A stretch of DNA of 21,288 nucleotides. Source: Pseudobacteriovorax sp. Its GTDB lineage: Bacteria > Bdellovibrionota_B > Oligoflexia > Oligoflexales > Oligoflexaceae. The notes beneath the pieces are model-generated. The model did not search any database, was not told the origin of the DNA, and was given only the letters and a program-made list of their open reading frames with translations. This document shows positions 1-7,626 of the stretch, piece by piece. Both the position numbers and the translations under genes were made by a program. Location: positions 1 through 21,288 of the forward strand of contig JBNKNM010000086.1 of NCBI GenBank assembly GCA_050293845.1, given 5' to 3'. Position 1 is the first letter of the stretch. Each line of letters starts with the position of its first letter.

Positions 1-71
1 TGCCTGTTGTGGCATCTGAAGAATACATGGGAATATGAGTTGTCTGGCAATATCTGCTTTCTTGGATACAT
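1..71 (-). CDS. N-terminus (truncated by window edge) of a probable HUH/Y1 tyrosine transposase, REP-associated (RAYT)/IS200-like family
   Basis: The reverse complement of 1-71 reads ATG TAT CCA AGA AAG… = MYPRKQILPDNSYSHVFFRCHNR(Q/H). This resembles the typical RAYT/Y1_Tnp N-terminus (M-PR..R....G..HV..RG.NRQ). It is flanked by hairpin-containing repeats. Only 23 codons are visible, and the HUH and catalytic Tyr motifs lie outside the window. Confidence 0.6.
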   Translation of the reverse strand, partial: MYPRKQILPDNSYSHVFFRCHNR

Positions 72-377
72 GATTGTTAAATTGACAGTTTTTAGGACTA
101 ATTTCCAATGACATTGATTGGTTGTTGCTGACTTATATGGATAAAGCTTCGTATGTGGAAGCGCTCCGTTCAAGAAACTCGAGCTTCGTATGTGGAAGCG
201 CTCCGTTCAAGAAACTCCAAGAAACTCGAGCTTCGTATGTGGAAGCGCTCCGTTCAAGAAACTCCCATGATTGTTAAATTGACAGTTTTTAGGACTAGTT
301 TCCAGTGACATTGAGTGGTTGCTGCTGACTTATATGGATAAAGCTTCGTATGTGGAAGCGCTCCGTTCAAGAAACTC
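69..377. repeat. 112-bp direct repeat, two copies (69-180 and 266-377)
   Basis: Both copies run CATGATTGTTAAATTGACAG…GTTCAAGAAACTC. They differ by 4 substitutions (101/298 A/G, 108/305 A/G, 118/315 T/G, 125/322 T/C). The left edge is exactly the CAT of the minus-strand start codon. Confidence 0.97.
145..377. repeat. Four identical 36-bp hairpin-containing repeats (REP-like / element-end candidate)
   Basis: AGCTTCGTATGTGGAAGCGCTCCGTTCAAGAAACTC occurs at 145-180, 182-217, 229-264 and 342-377, with gaps of 1, 11 and 77 bp. It contains the internal inverted repeat GCTTC-N7-GAAGC. Confidence 0.95.
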
Positions 378-514
378 CCTTCTTTCTCCCTTCTTTCTCC
401 CTTCTTTCTCCGTCCCCCCCTTCCCCCCCTTCCTCCGTCCTCCCTTCTTCCCTTCTTCAAGAAACTCCAAGAAACTCTCCCTCTTTCCATCGTCCTCCCT
501 TCGTTCTCCCTCTT
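378..514. repeat. Low-complexity pyrimidine tract with short tandem modules
   Basis: CCTTCTTTCTC x3 in tandem (378-410), CGTCCTCCCTTC x2 (436-447, 491-502) and CAAGAAACTC x2 in tandem (458-477). Apart from the CAAGAAACTC inserts the + strand is almost purely C/T. Confidence 0.9.
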
Positions 515-689
515 TGGCGTAGGCCTACAAATATAATAACTTCAAGTATAAGACTGACCCAAAAAAGTACCTTAAAGTGCAATAATCCTTTAACAAATGA
601 ATCTATGGGGGATAACTATGTATGTAGTTATTGTTGCGAAAATTTGGCTTATAAAACGGTGTTATAAATTTCGATAAAGGAGATCAAAA

Positions 690-1157
690 GTGCGAAATAT
701 TTTAATTTTATGTGTCATATTAGCATCATGTGCAACGAATCCTAAATATGAAAAAAAAACTATATTTGAAGAAGCTAGACAGGAAATGCACTACGCAGTT
801 AGGATGAAAGACTACAAAAAAGCTCTTCCTAAGGCAAAAATGCTTGCAGAGGAAGGGTACAAAGATGGGCAATTTGTATTTGCTAGCCTTCTGCTCAGTG
901 GTGAATTTGTCAAGCAAGATATTGTTGAGGGCGCAGCATGGCTTAATGTTGCCTGCGAGTCTGAGATCAAAGACTACCTGGACTTTCGTGAAAAAATTTT
1001 TAGAGCTTTTAAGGGTCATTTCAAAGAAGTGATTGAGAAGCGCACAGCGGAACTTATTGTTAAATATGGTATGAAAGCAAAAAACATTGTTTGTAATAAT
1101 TACTCGAAAGCTGGCAGCAATATAAAAGAGCGGCGATGTAAGAAGTTTCTACTCTAG
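690..1157 (+). CDS. Lipoprotein with a Sel1-like repeat
   Basis: GTG start after the RBS AAGGAG; lipobox LASC; Sel1-like segment AEEGYKDGQFVFASLLLSGEFVKQDIVEGAAWLNVACE; C-terminal C-x-GSNIK-x-C pair. Confidence 0.75.
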   Translation: MRNILILCVILASCATNPKYEKKTIFEEARQEMHYAVRMKDYKKALPKAKMLAEEGYKDGQFVFASLLLSGEFVKQDIVEGAAWLNVACESEIKDYLDFREKIFRAFKGHFKEVIEKRTAELIVKYGMKAKNIVCNNYSKAGSNIKERRCKKFLL

Positions 1158-1265
1158 TCCTGAAGTGGAAATTTCTCCCAATTTGGGATTTTTGGGAGCC
1201 TAGTCTCACACTGCTGGCGATAAAAAAAGTTTGATGTCAAAAAATAGTAAAGAGTGAAATTCGAC

Positions 1266-2216
1266 TTAATGACCTTTTTGGTCGAAGGATAAATTTAGAC
1301 TGATGGCATTATCGGTGATGGATTCTTTGTTGTTTCCTGTGGCGACGATTGATCCTAAAACCCCGCCAATACCAATTTCAAAGCGAGATATACGTATGGC
1401 AAAATCTATCCCGTACCTCACTTTGGGTTCATAGTGCCAAAAGAATAAAATGTCTTTCTCTAATTGGGATTGTACGTCAGGATTAAATTTTTCACTTGAG
1501 GCTACAGCTTCGATGGATCTAGTGTCGATATACTCATAGTTGGCCCATGGAATAATGGAAAAACTTTTGAAAAAATGAAAGCGAAAATTGAGTCCTAATT
1601 CTACAGTGTTAACACTGTAACGCTTTACTATTGGTATAACGCTCGGGTTAACGTTAGAATTAGAGAAATACTCTTCTACATAGGTATGCTTTGCGTTAGT
1701 ACTACGCCCCCCTAAAATAATTGTAGCTCTTAGCTTACGACCCATAAGATTGGGGTAGGGTACAAAGTATAAAAATAGACCAACTTCGGTATATGCTAGT
1801 TCTGATTCTTGGTCAGTTCTTTGATAGGTGCCATTGAAGTCATAAATATTATTATAATCGACCTTGCGCTCCCCACGACCAACAGAAAAACCCAATCCGA
1901 TATTGCGTAGCGAAACAGAAATATGTGGCCTCGCGGACCATCCACTCACCTTTAATTCTGCTGTTTGGGTCGTATTGGGAATGTAATTAGGATTTTCTGT
2001 GTCTGGAGTAATGATATAATTAGGATAATCAATACCAAGGGCGTAATTGATGGTGTTGAAGTTTGGGTTTATATGAGTAATAGGTGCTGAGCCGTAGACT
2101 GATCGGTTATCCGTGCGACTGTCAATAAACTGCGTTCTCAGACTGTCCTGGCTTAACAGGTTTTGACCAGTCAACAGTTTTGAATAAAGCAGAAATAGTA
2201 ACACTATTAATTTCAT
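1266..2216 (-). CDS. Secreted hypothetical protein, probable outer-membrane beta-barrel
   Basis: 316-aa ORF with an N-terminal signal peptide and many amphipathic, aromatic-rich beta-strand-like segments (IGLGFSVG, VGLFLYF, VELGLNFRF, YGIDFAIRI, ISLNLSFD). The barrel assignment is inference. Confidence 0.65.
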   Translation of the reverse strand: MKLIVLLFLLYSKLLTGQNLLSQDSLRTQFIDSRTDNRSVYGSAPITHINPNFNTINYALGIDYPNYIITPDTENPNYIPNTTQTAELKVSGWSARPHISVSLRNIGLGFSVGRGERKVDYNNIYDFNGTYQRTDQESELAYTEVGLFLYFVPYPNLMGRKLRATIILGGRSTNAKHTYVEEYFSNSNVNPSVIPIVKRYSVNTVELGLNFRFHFFKSFSIIPWANYEYIDTRSIEAVASSEKFNPDVQSQLEKDILFFWHYEPKVRYGIDFAIRISRFEIGIGGVLGSIVATGNNKESITDNAISLNLSFDQKGH

Positions 2217-2255
2217 CGCGGATCAAGCTCAAAAAATAAACGCCATCTCTGCGGG

Positions 2256-2284
2256 CTATCGGATGCGTTTAGGAAAGCATTTAG
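2256..2284 (-). promoter_or_regulatory. Sigma28 (FliA)-like promoter for the 1266-2216 gene
   Basis: Minus strand reads CTAAA-N16-TCCGATAG, 40 bp upstream of the ATG. It resembles TAAA-N15-GCCGATAA, and the same motif with the same spacing recurs at 14332-14360. Confidence 0.55.
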
Positions 2285-3059
2285 AAATAGTTATAAACTT
2301 ATGCCTGAAACTAGAATTTATCTGAAATGACTAATTCCAAAGAATCAAAGGGTTATAACCGAATAGGGCGTGTGGTATTTCTTCTATGGGCTAGGCTTTG
2401 CCCTTCCATTTCTATAATATTACCGATGGTAAAAATTCTACGCTAGAATTTTTTGACTCGATTATTAGCGGGGAGCTTTTGGGTTCCGGTTGCTTTTATG
2501 GTTGGTAAAACAAACATAGGGGAAGGCATGCTCCCCGTGAGAAAACTTAACTTAAAAGTGGAGTCCTTTTTTGATAAAAATCTATTTAATCCTCCAAAAA
2601 GCACCCATACTGTAATTCCAAAAAATCTAATTTTGAGGAGTCTAATATGGATTAAACATGGAATATGGTGATTCATACAGCTATGAAAGAACAAATCTGA
2701 CCATGTGGTTTGATAAACGAAGACATACAAAGTGAATCTGAAGAACTCATGGCATGATTGTAAATTACCCACAAAACATAGGCTAAAATGCAAATGTTTT
2801 ACGACCAGAACACAAAGTAAATAGAGATTTGTTACAAGCAATCTTTTACTCATGTCAGTTATTTAGGTCCACTCCCTTACCTTGACACTGACAAAGTAAA
2901 CTTCTTCTATGAAGTTTTTTATGCTGTTCTTGGATAATATTGATTGATGACAGTTAGGCACTGACTAGCTCCTGGGCATAAGAGGCCTTGTAAATTCGGA
3001 GGTTTAACTAGGACAATATTTTGCATATTCCATTCCATGACCCTAACCGAGGACTAAAC

Positions 3060-4070
3060 ATGAAAATAGTCACTTTACCCTTGCTCTTGACCCTGATGAT
3101 CTGGGGATGTAAGAAGAACGAATCTGAGGAGTCTCAACAAGATCCTAGCACCGATAATTCGGAGCCCTTATCTGGCTTTCTTGCCTACTGTGACGAGCAG
3201 ATGCAGGCTGCTACAGCGAACGATATAACAGCATTGCAGGAATTATATGATACCGATTCATGCACAGAGCTTGATATTAAAATAAAACGCTTCGATTTTC
3301 TCAATTTCTATGAAATTCCCCTACCCGGCATTGGCTTTTTGCAGTTTTATGACCATCTCAAAAATCTCAATATTGCCAGGACCTTTGTATCCGACCTCAG
3401 TCCCATTGCTACCCATGTTCATTTGGAACGGCTCAATATATCTGAAACGCCGATCGCAAACATTGAGGTTATCGGAAGCCTAACAGATTTGCAGGTACTG
3501 AACCTCTCCTATACCCCAGTTCGCGACCTCAATCCTATTACAAAGCTTACAAATCTTCAGGCCCTAAGTCTGGCACGACTTGAGATGGAAAACATTACGA
3601 CTCTAGGTGGGCTAGTGAACCTGACAAACCTCGACTTATCTGAGAATAACATCTCCGATATTTCGCCCTTATCAGATCATGAAAACCTGCTTTTTATCAA
3701 CTTAGATGACAATATTATTTCCGACATATCACCCCTTGCCAAGTCCAAGGGTTTGGAAGAACTATTTGTGAATCGCAACGATGTTATTAATGTGGAAGTG
3801 GCATCCAATTTTGCCGAATTAGAATTTTTTATGTTTGCTGATAATCAGATCAGCGATATTTCTCCATTGTCAACGCTGGAAAACCTTTCCTATCTTGACC
3901 TCAACGGCAATCAAATTGCTTCCCTTACTCCCATTAAGGCTGTACCCATTTCATCGGAGTTTCTGATGTCCAGAAACCCACTAGGCACTACGATCCCTAA
4001 GTCGCCGGATAATTGCCCCCAAGATGAACTGACATCGGCTCTCATTGCAGGATTTTGCGCAGCCGACTGA
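3060..4070 (+). CDS. Internalin-like leucine-rich-repeat lipoprotein (paralogue 1)
   Basis: ATG at 3060 after GAGGA is preferred over TTG 3021. Lipobox IWGC. About ten 22-aa LRRs (e.g. LTNLDLSENNISDISPLS) with Cys-containing N- and C-caps. Confidence 0.9.
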   Translation: MKIVTLPLLLTLMIWGCKKNESEESQQDPSTDNSEPLSGFLAYCDEQMQAATANDITALQELYDTDSCTELDIKIKRFDFLNFYEIPLPGIGFLQFYDHLKNLNIARTFVSDLSPIATHVHLERLNISETPIANIEVIGSLTDLQVLNLSYTPVRDLNPITKLTNLQALSLARLEMENITTLGGLVNLTNLDLSENNISDISPLSDHENLLFINLDDNIISDISPLAKSKGLEELFVNRNDVINVEVASNFAELEFFMFADNQISDISPLSTLENLSYLDLNGNQIASLTPIKAVPISSEFLMSRNPLGTTIPKSPDNCPQDELTSALIAGFCAAD

Positions 4071-4106
4071 AGTGATATTTTTAAATTTATCTATAATGAG
4101 ATTTTT

Positions 4107-5015
4107 TTAATGCCTTACAAGTGAGTCGTACACACCAAAACCGATCTTACAGTCGTATTTTCTATCTTCTTCATTATCTTCAGCGTGTGCACAGTCAACA
4201 TCAAAGACCAAGTACTTGATTTGTGGATCTTGTTCCTTTTCGATAACTTTTGCAAGATCGCTGCGACCTATCACATCAGTGACAGAGCTCACCATGATAC
4301 TGTCGTTCATCTTAGTTCTTATATGGTAGCCACCACCCTTAATATCAATTTCAAAGGAGACCGTTCCTTGTGGGGGTGTAGAATAGCGATTGGCATCAAC
4401 TAATGTAGCAGGGCGATTAATATTCCTGTATATACATGACTTTAGATAGGATGACTCTTTTTGTAACGCATAGTTCATCCGGTTGGTCAGGGTACTAGAT
4501 TGGGTAACGTTGGATAATTTTGGCAAGAGATCTTTGATTTTAGGCATTGACGGCTTCAGTTGAGATTTTGGACAACTATAATGGATAATACCCTGATCAT
4601 TGACGCGAGATGCACCGTTTAATGAAACCCGAAAATCCCACACCATCTGACAATCATTTTTTGGCCGCGTTATTTTAATCATACCGTATTTCACAATGTT
4701 TCCGTGAACGGTATTTGCTTCCCAAAGTAGCTGCAACTCCTTATTTTTTTCTATTCGTTGCAGATAAGCTATCGACGGCACGGTAATGCCGCTACCTTCC
4801 TTCATAAAGTATATGCCCCGTCCCCAAGTTTTAGAAACATTGGATTTAAGAATGATGCTCTGCTTATTTTCGGTGATCCAGAATTCGGTATTTTTATGTT
4901 TTGTATTTGCTTTAATCAGTGAAAAATTCTTACTAGGAAGCTCATTTCGTAAGTCCCCAGACTTAGCTAGCACTGGCGAAGAAATAAGTATAGTTATCAA
5001 CAACAATTTGTCCAT
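4107..5015 (-). CDS. Secreted hypothetical protein
   Basis: 302-aa ORF with RBS AGGAGA upstream and a signal peptide ending PVLA. No confidently recognised domain. Confidence 0.75.
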   Translation of the reverse strand: MDKLLLITILISSPVLAKSGDLRNELPSKNFSLIKANTKHKNTEFWITENKQSIILKSNVSKTWGRGIYFMKEGSGITVPSIAYLQRIEKNKELQLLWEANTVHGNIVKYGMIKITRPKNDCQMVWDFRVSLNGASRVNDQGIIHYSCPKSQLKPSMPKIKDLLPKLSNVTQSSTLTNRMNYALQKESSYLKSCIYRNINRPATLVDANRYSTPPQGTVSFEIDIKGGGYHIRTKMNDSIMVSSVTDVIGRSDLAKVIEKEQDPQIKYLVFDVDCAHAEDNEEDRKYDCKIGFGVYDSLVRH

Positions 5016-5421
5016 AATAGCCCATCTCCTGAATTTCCATTTGACTCAGTGGTGGCAGAGGTACAGCACTCGGCAATAGGCTATAGTTCAACTTTAGTTA
5101 TATGTCAAACACAACTTACTCATTTATATGTGATTGCGATCATCCTGAGAGAGGCTACAAAAAAAGTATCCACAGTCCCTTGACTAAGCTAGACAATGAA
5201 ACCAAGTCTGTGGCAAAAGGGATAGGCCTTAGAGTCTAAAATGATCCAATTGCCGCAGATTTACCGGGAAACATTCACGAAATTCCTAACCATATCAAAC
5301 CTATAACTATGATATCACCGCGTTTAAAAATATGGATTAAAAAATGCATATTAAAAGATAATCACAACAACACCTCAAAGACTTAAAGGAATGGTTCTGC
5401 GTGTAAGAAAGGAGGTCGATC

Positions 5422-6357
5422 ATGAAACGCTTTTCAATCAACAATCCCTTCATTGTGCTATTTACAGCATTTGGCTTGCTTCTAGTACCACCAATGCTTC
5501 AGCAGTGTGGTAGTGATCAGAACAATAAGGAAACTGTACCATGGGAATTAAGTTCTATCCCTATCAAAGTAATTCCTGCGGAAGATAACCAGATCACGGA
5601 TGCATTAAGCTTTCAGTTCCAGCTAGTTGGATGTAAATCTAGTTATACGATATCAACTATCGATACCAGATCAGAAAAATTTCATGCCTACTTAGAAGAT
5701 TCTGGATGTCGTGTAGAGCTAGTGAGCGCATTCGCTGAAGATCTTAGCTTCGAAGTATTGGAGTATTTCCCAGACTTTGCAGTTGGTAGTGAAGCTCTCC
5801 TCTATCACCCTAATGATGATGCTTTGCAGTTATCCATAAAAGTTGAGTCACAACTCTTAAATCCTATCACTGCCAGGGATAAGGTCATTTACACATATAG
5901 TTATCGCGATACCCTTGATGCAGAACACATTGTGAATGACGGAGAGTTTCAAAATCGTGATGTTGCCGAAGAAGACAGTTTCGATCAAAACACAGATGAA
6001 CCGAGTGAAGGTGATAAAGAGCCTGACGATGCTATTGTTAGCATTGAATATCCTATGATTCAAAGGAAAGGGAAAAAGCTTAAACCTTATAATTACATCT
6101 TGGACGGTGCTGTGGAGATGGTGGATACCAATGAAGATGATCTGGTCGATAGTTGTCGAATCACAGCATTTGGAAGTCAGATTTATGATTCTGAAACCCC
6201 TGTTATGATCGAAAATGGCTACTCAGAATTGTCCTGTTCACTACTGAATCAACCTGGGGACATCAGTGCTTCCCCATCAGGTTATGACAAACTGCACAAA
6301 AGATATAAATATTTTAAAAGGCAAATCCTATCCCCATTAGATTTAACCTCAAACTGA
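5422..6357 (+). CDS. Hypothetical lipoprotein with an acidic linker
   Basis: Strong RBS AAGGAGG; hydrophobic N-terminus followed by LQQC; Cys pairs; Asp/Glu-rich linker; followed by an intrinsic terminator. Confidence 0.8.
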   Translation: MKRFSINNPFIVLFTAFGLLLVPPMLQQCGSDQNNKETVPWELSSIPIKVIPAEDNQITDALSFQFQLVGCKSSYTISTIDTRSEKFHAYLEDSGCRVELVSAFAEDLSFEVLEYFPDFAVGSEALLYHPNDDALQLSIKVESQLLNPITARDKVIYTYSYRDTLDAEHIVNDGEFQNRDVAEEDSFDQNTDEPSEGDKEPDDAIVSIEYPMIQRKGKKLKPYNYILDGAVEMVDTNEDDLVDSCRITAFGSQIYDSETPVMIENGYSELSCSLLNQPGDISASPSGYDKLHKRYKYFKRQILSPLDLTSN

Positions 6358-6392
6358 TGGGGATAGTCATCCCTAAATAATCTTCTATTCTT

Positions 6393-6420
6393 GATCCTCC
6401 CCACCCAGGAGGATCTTTTT
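6393..6420 (+). terminator. Rho-independent terminator
   Basis: GATCCTCC-CCACCCA-GGAGGATC-TTTTT: a perfect 8-bp stem plus T-tract, about 35 bp after the 6357 stop and between convergent genes. Confidence 0.75.
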
Positions 6421-6443
6421 CGTCTAAAAAGGATGATCTGTTT

Positions 6444-6911
6444 TCACATTTGCTTGAAATGTAAACGATATATTTCATGGTGTTCCTGAAAGGGTCCCGC
6501 ATATTGAAAATCACAGCTTTTATAAAGTCTTTTCGCAGTCTCGTTTTCTACATTGACAACAAGTCCGAGAAATTGCACTAAGGGAAAGTTTTCGACAACA
6601 TAATCGACTATGAGCTGTATCGTTATTTTCCCATACCCCTGTCCCTGATAAGGCAGCGAAATCGCCAGAGCAGAAAGGGAGCAAAGAGTTTCATCTTGGG
6701 AAACGATTAGGCGGAAACAACCTACGATGTTTTCATTATATTTTACAGCAAATCCCCGTACTTGCTTACCAGAGATGGGATTGAGTAGGCAATCAACATG
6801 CCTCCCAATTTGTTCCTCATATGCTGCCTGGGTTGGTGAAATGTCGACATCTTTAATCAGTGATATATTGCTATCACTTAAAGGGATCAACATCCAGGAT
6901 GCTTGATTCAT
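6444..6911 (-). CDS. GNAT family N-acetyltransferase
   Basis: Acetyl-CoA motif A LAISLPYQGQGYGK and motif B LVVNVENETAKRLYKSCDF; RBS AAGGAG. Confidence 0.9.
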   Translation of the reverse strand: MNQASWMLIPLSDSNISLIKDVDISPTQAAYEEQIGRHVDCLLNPISGKQVRGFAVKYNENIVGCFRLIVSQDETLCSLSALAISLPYQGQGYGKITIQLIVDYVVENFPLVQFLGLVVNVENETAKRLYKSCDFQYAGPFQEHHEIYRLHFKQM

Positions 6912-7063
6912 TTACTTCTCCTTTAGCTTAACGTTTCGTTTTATCACTCAAGAGATTTTATACACGAATCATTCTAAAAGTTAGATTAGTGTGCGGTTCA
7001 TTCACTCGCAGCCTTTTGGTAGGCTGTGCTGCCAGTAAGACTGGATTTTTCCTGCCATAATCA

Positions 7064-7500
7064 ATCAGGAACTCAATTGACCACGGTATTGAATGGCCCA
7101 GCTAACGTCATGCTAAATAGCAGAGTGCACCATTGAGGTAAAATTCACACGAACAGAAACGGGGCTGATAATCGAATTTGCAGATGATGGTAAGGTATCG
7201 CTACCGAATTGATCGATCAGAAAGCTGTGAGCCAAAAGTTGATTTTGTCAACAGAACCAATGTCTCAACGGGAGCGGGAGGAGCTGATTTTTTACCTGGT
7301 CTATCGACCACAATAATCGATAGCCAGGTTTCGGGTCGGGGGATTGGTATGTTCGCAATCAAAGAAGCCATCAATCGCGACGGTGGTACAATTAAGATCG
7401 AAAACCGCCCTGGAAATGGGTGTAATTTTTGATAACATTGCCTATTACTAGAGAGCCTGTCCTATGCCAGCTGAAGCAAGCTAAAACTAGCAGCGTTTAA
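7064..7500 (+). pseudogene. cheA: Decayed CheA-type histidine kinase ATPase (HATPase_c) fragment
   Basis: Joining frames gives IRNSIDHGIEWPS*RHAK* (N box, in-frame stops), GLIIEFADDGK/GI (G1, frameshift), ELIF/LPGLST (F box, frameshift in a T-run), SQVSGRGIGMFAIKEAINRDGGTIKIENRPGNGCNF/LITLP (G2, frameshift). No Hpt or other upstream domains are present. Confidence 0.85.
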
Positions 7501-7626
7501 TGATTAAACAGAAGCGTTCCAATAATTTAAGCTACTTATAGTGGATCAGGATTTGCACTGTCCTGAGCTACAAAATTAAAAATCTTGTCATCGAAAAAAT
7601 AACTTTGGGACTAAGGACGTTTCGAA

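Noticed and set aside
145..377. CRISPR array (36-bp identical repeats with a hairpin)
   Set aside because: The gaps are 1, 11 and 77 bp and are themselves copies of neighbouring sequence rather than unique, uniform spacers. No cas genes are in the window.
254..667. ORFs 254-490 (-), 319-522 (+) and 350-667 (+)
   Set aside because: They are by-products of the stop-poor pyrimidine tract and repeats, with low-complexity translations and no RBS.
2443..2853. 136-aa minus-strand ORF
   Set aside because: No RBS, atypical composition and no recognisable motif. Not supportable as a gene.
5129..5144. CRP/FNR-like site TGTGA-N6-TCATC
   Set aside because: Only one good half-site in AT-rich DNA; likely chance.
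7178..7432. 84-aa ORF as an intact gene
   Set aside because: Only its C-terminal half is in the CheA frame. It is part of the pseudogene.
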